DNA from: Mustelus asterias
Lineage: Eukaryota
DNA: 64,000 nt
Reading direction: 5' to 3'
NCBI RefSeq assembly: GCF_964213995.1
Contig: NW_027590163.1
Location: forward strand, 1 to 64,000
Made by a program: the position numbers and the translations under genes. The notes beneath the pieces were generated by a model that worked only from the letters and a program-made list of their open reading frames with translations, was not told where the DNA came from and searched no databases. Below, in pieces: positions 47,116 through 59,759 of this stretch (its first letter is position 1; each line of letters begins with the position of its first letter).

Positions 47116-47415
47116 ATTGCATTCCAATGCTGTTGACTGAGTCGCTGTGTCGAACCTCACACTTGATTTTGCTGCACTCTCCCACTGACTGGGTGATGGT
47201 TAACTGGCTGCTCAGGGTATAGGTTCCCTTCGCGTTTCTCACTGATGGATAAGTCTTAAATCCAGTGGCGATCAGCTGCCCATTTTTCTTCCAGGTCAGT
47301 TTGGAGACATCCGGAGAGTAGTCCATCGCCAAACAGCCGTAGGTGATGGAGCCGCCGGGGTTGTGTTGCTGACAGGAAGAGACGAGGCTGTAGAGAGTGG
47401 GCGGAGACGGTGTCG
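47116..47415 (-). CDS. IGHM: IgM CH1 exon
   Basis: [82 protein letters not shown]; 300 nt, acceptor TTCTTTCCCAG, donor GTAAG; typical shark C-mu-1. Confidence 0.97.
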
Positions 47416-47944
47416 CTGGGAAAGAATAGTCGATTCAACAAGTTAGACTCTTACTTGCGTTTATTAATTAATCAAACATATTTATACAAGTAAGTTTCTA
47501 TATTAGGTATAGCTCTTGGGGCTAAAGGGATCAGTGGATATGGGTAGTAGACGGGGTCAGGATATTGATGAGCTGTGATCAAAGTGAATGGTAGAGCAGG
47601 GTCAGAGGGCCGAATGGCCTACTCCTGCTTCTATTTTCTATGTTTCTACATCACGATTTGTCTAGAATTATGAACTTAACTTTATATTTCCCGATTAAGA
47701 CCTACATACACCTTTCAGCTTCTGTTACTCCTATCATTTGAGAATCGCCATCTTTGTAGAAACTCACATCACTGTCTCCACCTCTATCAGATTGGAAAGA
47801 CAAAAACATTTTGATGTCATTGTAATGACATACCATTCATTAGATTAACAGAAAAGTGTAAAGAGTTTCTCCATTACTTCAGGCACTAGCTATTTCTCAA
47901 ACAACAGCACTTTGTGATGAAGAAGTTGTCTCTTCATTCATATC

Positions 47945-48068
47945 ATCCACTCACCTGATGAAGGAGCTCCAAAAGCTCACGATTCCAAATAAGCCTGTTG
48001 TACTTTAACCTGGTGTTGTGAGACTCCTTACTGTGCCCACCCCAACCTAGCGTCGGCATATCCACATT
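47945..48068 (+). mobile_element. Penelope pLTR fragment with decayed hammerhead
   Basis: CACCTGATGAAGGAGCTCCAAAAGCTC..TTTAACCTGGTGTTGTGAGAC. Confidence 0.75.
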
Positions 48069-48391
48069 GTAGTTTTGGATATTGCCTGTGTACAAACTAG
48101 CTGATGTCCCTTCCTCTCTCCAACTCACTGCCTCTCACTCCACAAAACGAAGATTAGTGACTTTGCTTCAAAACTACCTTCGGAATGAATACTTACTGAA
48201 TGACCAGGAAACTCTAAATGTGATTACAAATTCAAATAATTGCAACATTGACTAATTGAAGGGTCAGACATTAATAGCAAGAGTTGGCCATTCGGGCCCT
48301 GAAGTCTCCTCCATTATTCACTGAGATTACAGATGATCTGGTTGTGGTGCTCGCTCTATTTTGCACATCCTCACTCCGCCCGTCGATCATC

Positions 48392-48975
48392 CACTCTCTG
48401 CCCATTTTCCCCGACTCTCTGCGCTTTCCCCTGGCTCTCTGCTATTCCCTGTGGCTCTTTTCCCCTTTCACCTGGCTCTCTACACTTCCCTCCAGCTCTG
48501 TCCCCTCTCCCCCGGCTCCCTGCCCTTTCCCTCAGCTCCCTACCCTTTCCCCCGGCTCTCTGCCCGGTGTTCCTGCTCCCTATCCACTTTGCCCTTTCCC
48601 CTGGCTCTCTGCCCTTTCCCCCTGACTCTCCGCCTTTCCCCCTGACTCTATGCCCTTTCCTCTGGGCTCTCTTGTCCTTTTCCTCGGCTCTCTGTCCTTT
48701 CCCCGGCCTCCCTGCCCTTTATCCTGGCTCTCTCCTCTTTCCCTGGTCTCTCTGCCCTTTCTCCTGGTTCTCTGCCCTTTCACCTGGCTCCCTGCCCTTT
48801 CTATTAGCTCTCTGCCCTTTCTTCTGGCTCTCTGCGCTTTCTCCTGACTCTCTGCCCTTTCCCGGCTCTCAGCCCTGTTGCCCGGCTGTGGGCCCATTCC
48901 CCAGGCTCTCTGCCCTTCCCCCCTGGCTCTCTGCCCTTTAGCACGCCTCCTGTTCTCCCCGGCTCTTTGCCATTG
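48392..48975 (-). repeat. Degenerate 20-bp tandem repeat, G-rich on the IgM sense strand
   Basis: Plus-strand unit CTCTCTGCCCTTTCCCCTGG (sense CCAGGGGAAAGGGCAGAGAG), roughly 29 copies. Confidence 0.9.
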
Positions 48976-49099
48976 TCCTTGGCCCTGAGCCCCCAGGGAT
49001 TCCCCCCAGCTCTCCACATTCGCAGGGCAGCTCCCACATTTGAACACCAAACTGCCGCTTGAGATCTTTCTTCTCTCTCGTTGCAGACCTCCACACACA

Positions 49100-50620
49100 G
49101 GTTTAGCGAGTGTGAGTGAGAGAATGTGAGTGCGTGAGGGTGAGTGATTGAAGGAGTGAGAGTGGATGAGTGATGGTGTGTGAGTGACGGAAGGTGGGTA
49201 AGTGAGGGTGAGTGAGTGAAGTTCTTTCAGTGAGGATGAGTGATTGAGGGTGAGTGAGTGAGTGTGGGTGAGGGTGAGAGAGCGTGAGTAAATGATGGTG
49301 TGTGAGAGAGGGTGGGTGAGTGAAGGTGGCTTAATGTGTGAGTGAAGGTGGGTGAGTGAGTGTCGGTAAGAGAGAATGAATGAGGGTGAGTGAGTGAGGA
49401 TGCGTGAAGGTTAGTGAAGGTGGGTGAGTGAGAGCGAGTGAATGAGGGTGAGGAGTGAATGTGACTTAGTAAGTGAGGGTGAGAGAGTGAGTGAGTCAGG
49501 GTGTGTTATTGAGGGTGGTGTGTGAGAGTGTGTGAGGGAGAATGAATGCGGATGGGTGGATGAGTGAAGGTGAGTGAGTAAAGGTGTTTGACTGAGGATG
49601 AGTGATTGAGGATCTGTGAGTTCGGGTGGGTGAACGTGAGTGATGGTGAATATGTGAGGGCGTGTGAGTGAATGTAGGTGCATGAGTCTCAGTGAGTTTG
49701 AATGGGTCAGGTGGCGTACGTGAGAGAGAGAGAGGGTAATTGAGCTTGAGTGTGTGGGGGTGAGTCTGGGTGAGTGAGGGAGGGTAAGTGTGGTGAGTGA
49801 GTGAGGATGAGTGAGAGAGATTGAGACTGGATGAGTGAGGGAGGGTAGTGTGGTGAGTGAGTGAGAGTGATTGAGACTGGATGAGTGAAGGTGGGTAAGT
49901 GGGGTGAGTGAGGGTGAGTGAGAGTGAGTGAGACTGGATAAGTGAGAGTGGGTAAGTGGGCTGAGTGAGTGAGACTGGGTGAGTGAGGGTGGGTTAGTGG
50001 GATGAGTGAACGAAGGTGACTATGAGTGTTGGTGAGTGACTGAGGCTCTGAGTGAGTGACTGAGGGTTAGTGAGTGAGGTTGGGTGAGTGATAGCGTGTG
50101 AGTGTGGGTGACTGAGTGACAGTGAGTGAATGAGGATGAGTGAGTGAGGGTGTGCGAGGGCGAGTGAGTCTGAGTCAGTGAGTGAGTGCTGGTGAGTGAA
50201 TGAGGGTGTGAATGTGAGTGAATGAGGGTGAGTGAGTGAGGATGGGTGAGAGTGAGAGAGCGAATGTGTGTGAGTGATTTTGAGTGAGTGAGGGTGTGAG
50301 GGTGTGAGGGTGAGTGACTCAGGGTGAATGAGGATCAATGAGTTTCTGAGGTTGAGTGCGTGAGATTGAGTGTGTGAAGTTGAGTGTATGAGATTGAGTG
50401 TGTGAAATTGAGTGTGTGAGGGTGGATGAGTGAGCAAGGGTGAGTGAGTTGGGATGAGTGAGTTGGGATGAGTGAGTTGGGATTTGTGAGTGGGGATGAA
50501 TGAGTGAGAGTGTGTCAGCGAGGGAAGGTGGATAAGTGAGGGTGAGTGAGTCAAGTTCTTTGAGTGAGGATGAGAGATTGAGGGTGAGTGAGTAAGTGTG
50601 GATGAGGGTGAGAGAGTCAG
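49100..50620. repeat. Degenerate (TGAG)n/(GGGTGA)n low-complexity tract
   Basis: Almost C-free plus strand; a ~95-bp block near 49185 recurs near 50520. Confidence 0.9.
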
Positions 50621-51219
50621 TGGGCCACCTCCACCTCTTCCTCTCCATCGATCTTTTCCCGATTCTCCACATTGATCAGCTTTCAGTAACAGGGATGTGT
50701 AAATCACCGGGCAGCTGCTTTAATGTCGGTGTCTTTCTTTAAGAAACACGTACCAGTGAACAAATAGTCAGACTGAGGGAGCTGTAGGGAAGCTGACAGC
50801 AAAACTAGGATGGGTCGCACAGGAATCAAACACCAAGTTTACACCAGTATTGGGGAGCCAGGCGGCCTTGGTCTCAGCCAATTCCCTTCTTATTCTTTTG
50901 GAGTTTTTGTCCGGTGTAACACATGGAAATTCCTACTTCTGACCTCATGTTGGAGGGAATGTCACTGTTGAAGCAGTAGAAGATTGTTGCTCCCAGAACA
51001 CTCCCCTGCCGAAATCCTGCAGTGAAATCTGAACTTAGATGTTTGACCTCCAACCACCAATACCATGTTGCTTTGTGCTAAGTATGACTCCAAACAGAGA
51101 AGAATTTCCCGCCGATTCTTATTGACTAGTTTTACTCGGGCCCCTTGATCCCACCCTCATTCAAATGCTACCGGGGTGGGGGGATGGGGGTATCGGGGTG
51201 GGGGGGGGGGCGGTGGCGG

Positions 51220-51530
51220 TGGCACGGTGGCACAGTTATTAGCGCTGCTGCCTCAGAGTTGGATTCCCGACTTGGGTCACTGTCTGTGTGGAGTTTGCAA
51301 GTTCCCCCGTGTCTGTTTGGGTTTCCTTCAGGTGCTCCTGTTTCCTCCCACAGTCCAAAGATGTGGGTTCGGTGGATTGGCCGTGCTAAATTGCCCCTTA
51401 GTGTCAGGGGGACTAGTTCCGGTAAATACATGTGGTTATGGGGATAGGGCGTTGGTGGGTTTGCTGTTGGTGCAGACTCGATGGGCTGAATGGCCTCCTT
51501 CTGCACTGTAGCATCCTATGATTCCACTCT
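51220..51530 (+). mobile_element. HE1/V-SINE
   Basis: GGCACGGTGGCACAG head, V-SINE core, tail. Confidence 0.85.
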
Positions 51531-51569
51531 ATGGTGTCAAGGACAGACACTCTGACGTATGCGAGATTG

Positions 51570-52299
51570 AAAGTGTGTGTGAGAGAGAGAGAGAGTGTGT
51601 GTCTGTGTGTGAGANNNNNNNNNNNNNNNNNNNNNNNNNNNNNNNNNNNNNNNNNNNNNNNNNNNNNNNNNNNNNNNNNNNNNNNNNNNNNNNNNNNNNN
51701 NNNNNNNNNNNNNNNNNNNNNNNNNNNNNNNNNNNNNNNNNNNNNNNNNNNNNNNNNNNNNNNNNNNNNNNNNNNNNNNNNNNNNNNNNNNNNNNNNTGA
51801 TAGAATGCGTTTGCACGTGTGTGAGACAGTGGGCTGTGCGTGCAAGAGGAGAGAGTGTACGTGAGAGAAAGGATGTGTGAGATAATGTGTGTGTGTGAGA
51901 CAGAATGTGTGTTTGAAGAATTATTCTTTGTGTGTGACAGTGTGACTCTTCTTGAAAATGTATATGTGTGGAGGGGCGGGGAGAGTGTGTGTGGGGAGTC
52001 TGTGTGAAAGAGTACTTCTGTGTGTGATTGTGTGTATGTTGATGTGAAAGAGAGTGTGTCTATTTGAGATACACGATGTCTGTGAAAGAGAGTGTGTGTG
52101 CCTGAGAGGGAGGGTATGTGTGTGGGAGAGTGTTGTGTTCATGTGAAAGACAGTGTGTGTGAGAGGGAGTGCCTATTGGAAAGCAAAATAATATGTTCAT
52201 CAGTGTGTGAAACTGTGCATGGGATGGCGTGTGAGTGAGAAAGATGTGTACAATGTGTGTGGGAGATAGAAGCAATGTGGGGTGTTTGAGTGTATGTGT

Positions 52300-52335
<36 letters not shown>

Positions 52336-53340
52336 AGGGGCGGGGAGAGACAGAGTGGATGCGTGAGTGTGTGTGAGTGAATTGACTGTTGAGAGAACAT
52401 GTGTCTGTGATAGGTGGAGTGTTTAAAGAGCGATACATTGTATATACATGTGTGTTCGTGTGTAAGAGAAGGAGAGACTGTGTGCGAGATTGTGTGCGTG
52501 TGAAAGAGAGGGTGTTTGTGAGAGACAGTGTTTGAGAGCAAGATTGTGCGTGTGTGAGACAATGTGTAAGGGACTGAGCGGGTGAAAGAGAGAGAAATAT
52601 GTACCTGTGTGAGAGAATGCGTGTGCAAGTGTCCGTATGAGAGAGAGAGAGCACGGGAATGTGTGTGAGACGAAGTGAGAGTGTACGGAAGAGGGAATGT
52701 GAGAGGGATAGTGCATGCGTGTGTGTGAGAGAGAGAATGTGTGCGCGAGACTGTGCTTGTGTGAGAGACTGTGTCTGTGTGTAAGAGTGTGTGTTAGAGT
52801 GTGTGCATGTGTCTATGTTTGTGAGAGAGTGTTTGTGAGAGAGCCAGTGTGTGAGAGCAAGAATGTAGAGGTGTGAGATAGTGTGTGCAAGAGAAATAGA
52901 AATATGTGCGTGTCTGTGAGCGAGAGAGAGATGCGTGTGCAAGAGGAATTGTGAGAGAGCGTGTGAAGAAATGTGAGACAGCTTGAGCATGTGTGACAGA
53001 GAGTGGGGGAGAGAGTGCATGTGAGAGTGCGTGTGCGAGAGTGTGAGACTGCTTATGTGAGAGTGTGTGTCTGTGTATAAGAGAGAATGCGTGGGTGTGT
53101 GGGATGTGATTGCTTTTGTGTATAGGGGTGTGAGAGATTGATGGAGAGAGCGAGAGGAAGTATGTATTTGTATTTGAGAGAATGCATGTGTAACGTGAGA
53201 GAGAGAGAATGTGTATGGGTGTGTGAGAGAGATCGTATGAGAGAGAAAGTAAGTGTGAGTATGTATGTGTGTGTGCATGTGTGAGAGTATATGAGAGTGT
53301 GTATGTGTGTATTTATGTGTGAGAGAGTGTGTGTGACGTG
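51570..53340. repeat. Degenerate (TG)n/(AG)n tract
   Basis: Simple sequence that accounts for the His/Thr/Ser/Leu-rich spurious ORFs. Confidence 0.9.
51615..51797. other. Assembly gap
   Basis: Run of 183 N. Confidence 1.
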
Positions 53341-54431
53341 TGAAATTCTATATCTAGTTAATTCAGTTTGGAAATGCACCCTCACTCCAGACAAACCCAC
53401 CCACTCTCACAGTAAATGGGAGTGGCAAGTGAGCACAATACGGAGCGCGGGGCAAGGGTTGGAAAAACATTTAAATCTTCCACAATCAGTCGCAATTGAA
53501 TAGTTTCCGCTTTTCTCAATGAGCGAAAACTGTAAAAACTTTTAAAAATTGACACAATCCAGGGCAAAGCCACCCACAAGATTATGCGCCCCCTCATTCA
53601 CCCTATTCGCTCTCTCCATCACTGACAAGCAGTGTCAGCAGTTTGTATTATATACAAGATGCACTGCAGCAACTCACCAAGGCTCCATACAAAACACTGT
53701 CCAAACCCGCTGCCTTTACATCCTAACAGGTCAAGGGCAGCAGCCACATAAACACGACCACCTGCAAGCTCCCCTCCAAGACACACACCATCCTGACTTG
53801 AAACAGTATCTCAGTTCCTTCACAGTAGCTGGGTCAAAATCCTGGAATTTCCTGCCTAACAGCACGGCGGATGCCTGCAGCATATGGACTGCAGTTATTC
53901 AAGAATGCTTCACATCAACACTTTCATCAAGGAACAATAAGGGAAGATTAAAAATTCTGGCCGAGCAAATGACTCTAAAATGTCTTTAGAAGATTAAAAA
54001 TAAGATGCAAAAGAACTTGACCCTTCAACTGTCATACCAAACAGGTCAGGGACTGCTATAGTAAGGAGCACAATATAGTAAATCTCACTTTGCATTTGCT
54101 CATCGAACATTCCCAAGGTCGGTACATCAAAGCTTAAAAATCACCGAAATCTCCCTCTCCAGTCTGACGTTTCTGCTCTGCCTGATGGTCACAATATGCT
54201 TTAGGGATCTCATTTCTGAGACTACAAGTCAAACATCAAGTCAAACTGTCATGTTTCTCACAGTTACAAGTTTATAAAGAAATAAATCAAATTTCACTCC
54301 CTGAAATACAGCAGAAGGAACCAGAAGGTATGCAACCAGCCAGGCAGATTCCTGGTCCCAGCACAGTGACCACGCGCACAGAAACAGAACAGACACAAAC
54401 GGTGCAACAATCCAGTGCCCAGCAGATAGAT

Positions 54432-55997
54432 CTGTTCAATCTGTCAATTTCATTCAAACTGTTGGATTCTAATTGATCAATGGTCAACTTACAACAACAG
54501 AAAATCAATAACCTATGTTAAATTAAACTGATATTCATTTCACAACTCCTTTCGACTTTTAATTATTTCTCTGTCTCACTTCTCGAAAACTATGTAAAAA
54601 TGTAATTTCGCTGAAAATAAGCAATCAAAAATAACAGGTTCAGGACAGTTCAATGTCCCTAACAGAGACGCAGTGACACAGTAAGAAGTAAACAAATCAA
54701 GAAACATTTACATTAAAAATCATTATCTGATTCGAGTTAATTTCTTAACTAAATTAATGAACAAAATAATCAAGGCAAAACACTTTATCGAGCTGAGCAT
54801 AGCTGAGTAAAGAAATGTTTTGTTTCTGAATTCATTTTCGATACAATTAAATATTCTCAAAACGGATTGTATTTTGCACGCCTGTACAGTATCCAAGTTC
54901 TTTTGTTTTAAATTAATCAGCACCAATATTATATTTTAAGTTATTGTTAATTGCCAGTTAGTTCACTTATCAGCTGATTTGAACTCTGTAATAAAATGAG
55001 TTTTCAATCATTCAAAACGCGCTTCTACCTCCAGCATTGTTAAATAATTAGGTTACAATTAAATCTTATACAATGTTAAACAATAGTTTCAAATTACTGA
55101 ATGGAAACATTCAGAATCTGTCATTCATTTACTTAAATCCAATCACATTGTAATATTTTACTTTTCCACTTTTACTACAAATGTCGTATTATAACCTAGA
55201 AACGTGTTAAAAATGCATACTTCTGAATTTGTATAGGCTGTAACGGCCTGGCAGTTTGAAATCAATAATAATGCATTCTAGATTTAAAAAGTTAGACCAT
55301 CCATATAACTTAATTATTAAACACATTGTTGAATTAAAGAAAATCTGAATTAAACAGTGCAAACACAAAGAGGACAATTGATTCAAATCCTCTAAAGCAC
55401 GATGCAGAATATAAGTCCAGACTTTTTCTTCATTATAATATTTAACAAGTATTAAACATAAGGTTCAGATATAATCAATTCTTCTATTCTGTCATTTATT
55501 CTTCCCATAATTCTATCCTGAGTTCAGCAGTAATGGGAGACATGATGTTATTATTAAGTGCAGAGCTAAGATTATTTTTATAATATCAGAATATTTTTAT
55601 ATAAATTAATCTTTTTGAATTTCAAGCATTAACTTGTCCATCTCTAGCCAGTTTGTGTTGACACTTTACTACAATTCAAACACAATCATATGAACAATTG
55701 CTTGAGTGTCAGCGAATTCCACCTGTCAGAAAACTCTGTTCGCTCTGTCAAATTTATACAAACTCTTTGATTCTAATTGATCAAAGGTCAAATTACAACA
55801 ACAAAAAAATCAATACATATTTTAAATTAACCTGATGTTCATTTCAAAACTCCCTTCGCCTTTTAACTATCTCTCCCTGTCTGTCTCAAATCCCGAAAAC
55901 TGGGCAAAAATGTATTTTTTCTGAAAATGAGCACATCAAATATAAAAGATTCAGGGTAGTGTAATGTCCCTAACAGAGATACGGTGACACAGTAAGA
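54432..55997. repeat. Dispersed direct repeat, ~260 bp (54432-54690 and 55737-55997)
   Basis: Both copies read ..GATTCTAATTGATCAA.GGTCAA.TTACAACAAC..AATGTCCCTAACAGAGA..GTGACACAGTAAGAA. Confidence 0.85.
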
Positions 55998-56393
55998 ATT
56001 GTAATTCATGATTTATTTTAATCTGTAAGCATCAGTTAACATGAATAAAAGTCCTAACATCTAATTATTTTATTTTTCCGAAACCTGTTTACTTTACCCC
56101 TACAAGAATTTTCAAACGCAGTTTTATTTTCATTTAGCCAGAAAACGTGTAACCGTTCAGTATCACTGAGTTGAACCAATACAGAAACAATTGAGAAACA
56201 CCAAACCATTTCAGAAATTTTGAGATGAGATTAGTAATTAATTATCTCGGTATCCAATTACAAATTACTTGGAAGGAATAATCTGGTTGCGACTGCGCAG
56301 AAAAAAAATGTAGTATTCGGATACAAAAATAGCCAAAAAGCAACGTCTTATTCTGCAAAACTCGTATTCCAGTGAATGCGAACTTAATCTGGG

Positions 56394-56741
56394 ATATACA
56401 CTGGGGAGAGATCATTCACCTGCTCTGTGTGTGGGAAGGGATTCACTCAGTCATCCATCTTGTGGAGACACCAGCAAGTTCACACTGGGGAGAGACCGTT
56501 CACCTGCTCTGTGTGTGGGAAGGGATTTACTCAGTCATCCCACCTGGCCAGACACCAGCGAGTTCACACTGGGGAGAGACCATTCACTTGTTCTCAGTGT
56601 GAGAAGGGATTCACTAACTCATCCAGCCTGCGGACACACCAGCGAGTTCACACTGGGGAGAGGCCCTTCACCTGCTCTCAGTGTGGGAAGGGATTCAGAG
56701 TTTCATCCCAGCTGCTGAGACACCAACACGTTCACGAGTGA
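56394..56741 (+). pseudogene. 5'-truncated C2H2 zinc-finger gene (last 4 fingers plus 3' UTR)
   Basis: Homology starts mid-linker ([16 protein letters not shown]) just after in-frame TAA 56385. No upstream ZNF exon or acceptor module; normal ZNF 3' UTR follows. Confidence 0.85.
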
Positions 56742-56902
56742 TTCCAGGGGTTGGATTCTGCTGTTATTGTTTCTGCTCTCAATTACATCCAGGACTGCAT
56801 TTAGTTCATTCTCATGGTTGGTCAATGGGGAGGGACAAGGGTTTCTTTCTGCTGGACTGGCCGGTCTCATGACTTTGCCTCCAGTGGCTGGTGCTCGGAA
56901 CT

Positions 56903-57092
56903 TCATAGAATCATAGAAACCCTACAGTGCAGAAGGAGGCCATTCGGCCCATCGAGCCTGCACCGACCACAATCCCACCCAGGCCCTATCCCCACATATT
57001 CACCCGCTAATCCCTCTAACCTACGCATCCCAGGACTCTAAGGGGCAATTTTTAAACCTGGCCAATCAACCTAACCCGCACATCTTTGGACT
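56903..57092 (-). mobile_element. HE1/V-SINE 3' half
   Basis: Matches the 3' half of 57814-58170. Confidence 0.85.
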
Positions 57093-57813
57093 TCAGAGAT
57101 ATTTAGTCAGCATTTCTGTTTGAAAACCCCCCAAATCCCCACCAAATTTCCTTTGTAATTGTTTATTGTCTCCACTTCCTCCACCCTCATAGGCAGCAAG
57201 TTCCAGCCCATTACTATTCACTGCATCAAAATATTCTTCCTCACGTTCCCCTCCCCCGCATCTCTGACCCAAAACCTTCAATCTGTGTCCCCCTTGTCCT
57301 TGTCCCATCAGCAGATGGGAACCGCTTTCCTTTGTCCACCTTATCGAAACCTGTCAGAATCGTGTCAGGAATGTAAAGCTGGAAATCCCTCCCTAACAGC
57401 ACTGTGGGTGTACTTACACCTCAGGCATTGTAACAGTTCAGGAAGGCAGTGTTGGGGTTGACCACGGCCGAGGCAGCTACATACAGCCACATATTCTGTT
57501 ATAATTGAAGGACTGCAGATTGAATGTGAGGCATTATGGGACTGGGCTATCTTGACCACATTCCTGTGACTGCTCAGTTTCTGCAATCACGGACCATTAA
57601 AGCTGCTTAGCAGGGCCCCAACAGAGGACCTGGTGAGAATATTTACTCAGAATGGGTTAGAATTAAACTTATTCCAGGATCAGCTGGTGTTCAGCAGCTG
57701 AGATTCCTGAATCTGTAAAACGTGGGTCTGATCAATCAACAAACGATGATAGGTAGTTGGTTCAGAGTGTTCTCAGGCATTATTTAAATTATTTTATCAT
57801 AAATTTGTAAATT

Positions 57814-58170
57814 AGGGCGGCACGGTAGCACAGTGGTTAGCACTGCTGCTTCACAGCTCCAGGGTCCCGGGTTCGATTCCCGGCTCGGGTCACTGTCTGT
57901 GTGGAGTTTGCACATTCTCCTCGTGTCTGCGTGGGTTTCCTCCGGGTGCTCCGGTTTCCTCCCACAGTCCAAAGATGTGCGGGTTAGGTTGATTGGCCAG
58001 GTTAAAAAAAAAAAAATTGCCCCTTAGAGTCCTGGGATGTGTAGGTTAGAGGGATTAGCGGGTAAAATATGTGGGGGTAGGGCCTGGGTGGGATTGTGGT
58101 CGGTGCAGACTCGATGGGCCGAATGGCCTCCTTCTGCACTGTAGGGTTTCTATGTTTCTATGTTTCTATG
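57814..58170 (+). mobile_element. HE1/V-SINE, full length
   Basis: GGGCGGCACGGTAGCACAGTGGTTAGCACTG..(TTTCTATG)3 tail. Confidence 0.92.
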
Positions 58171-59759
58171 ATAGTTGGTGAAGTGACGGTATACTCCAAG
58201 TAGCACTGGATTGAAAAGCAGATCTCTGAGAGTAGATTCTAATGGTTATAATCTTACCCAAGCATGGCCAGTGAAAAACCAGAGCTCGAGTGGGGACCGG
58301 ACAGGTCTCTTACCTGCCATTTGGAAACTAAGAACAAGAAGCTTATCGATTAAAACGATTAGAGAATAGAGCCAATCTTTCGAATCTGAATGACACTTCA
58401 GAAGAGCTCTTATAAAGGGTCATCCAGACTCGAAACGTTGGCTCTATTCTCTCTCCACAGATACTGTCAGACCTGCTGAGATTTTCCAGCATTTTCTGTT
58501 TTTGTTTCAGATTCCAGTATCCGCAGTATTTTACTTTTATGATAAAATGATTCGGTCTGATTGGAATCCCCACGACCCTCCCGCAAAACAGAGGGAGTGG
58601 TGGCAAAAGGAGAAAAAGGATAAGGATGATAAAGTCTGGGTTCTGATTCTCCGAGCCCATGTAGAATAAACAAAATGAGTGAACCAGTTTATAAAGAACA
58701 GAAGTTACCCATCCCTAACAAAAACTGATCAAATTAAAATAATTAGGTTGAGGAATATAACAAAAAAAAGATGAAGTTTAAATTAAGTTTGTGTTGTTAC
58801 TGAACTGTATTGTTGTCATTTTGTTGTGACCACACTGTATTCACCTCAATGTTTGTGGAATCTGTGCAGCGAGCAGGAATTGTTTAAACTAAGAATTTCT
58901 TCTTTCATTTTGATCAGCGAGAGGACATTATATTCTGTGAAATCTGCCTCAAGAATAAGGCTGATTGTTCAGTCTGAGTGTGAAAGAAAGATACAGGGGG
59001 CGATCTTACCGGCTCGACTCGCCGCTCGATTAGACCGGTGAGCCAGGAAGATAGCGTGCGAGACTAAAGGATTGCTCTCTTCCCGGCCCGTGTTTTTCCG
59101 GCTTCATTCCCAGAAAGGGAGTGAAGGCTATTTGCACAGAGTTGCCGACATTACAATGTGATTGGTGGATTCAGCATGGCTGCTTCCCCCCCTCGCTGGC
59201 GAGACGTCACATCGCCGAGAATCACTACTGGTCTTCACCAGCGGGGACCAGGTGCTTGGGCCACACTGGGTGTGTTGTGTGGGGGGGCTGTGTGTGTGGG
59301 ATCGGAGGCCATTGAAGCCACCATGGTGGTCAGGGGCAGTGCCCATTGGGCAATGCCACATTCAGTACCCTCCTGGCACCCTGGCAGTGCCCAGTTGAGC
59401 ACCATAAGTGTACCATGGGCAGTGCCAAGGGGATGGGTGGGGGTGGGTCTTAGTGGAGGGGTATTTATAATGACTGGGGGCTTATGCAAGGAGGGTGGAC
59501 GCCAAGCGGGGAGCTTTGCAGGGGGAAGGTGATCGGGTGGTCGAGGTGAATCTCTGCCAAGGGGGATGGATGTGCACGGGGGGGGGCGTTCAGGAATTGT
59601 CCACGGAGGGGGCATCATGGTGATTGAATAAGCAGTGACTCTGAATTGAGTTACAATTAATGAATCAGTCATTATAGTAAAAGACTGAATTTTTATTTGC
59701 TGTTAAATGTAAAAGCTTAATTGCTGTGTATGTAACGAATGTGAAATGAAGATAAATTT

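Noticed and set aside
48284-49098. Pro/Leu-rich and Arg/Gly-rich ORFs
   Set aside because: Products of the 20-bp tandem repeat.
49411-53400. Long His/Thr/Ser/Leu-rich ORFs (e.g. 52139-53278, 49994-50707)
   Set aside because: Translations of (CA)n/(CT)n/(CTCA)n simple sequence.
57280-57320. CCCTTGTCC resembling the reverse complement of a JH GQG motif
   Set aside because: Lies in a CR1 3' fragment; no WG codons in frame, donor or RSS.
58305-58360. Minus-strand donor after KLLVLSFQMA, possible leader exon
   Set aside because: No ATG (5' side is a repeat) and no V exon downstream.
58995-59620. GC-rich patch with several overlapping ORFs
   Set aside because: No domain or splice structure; probably a non-autonomous repeat that I cannot classify.
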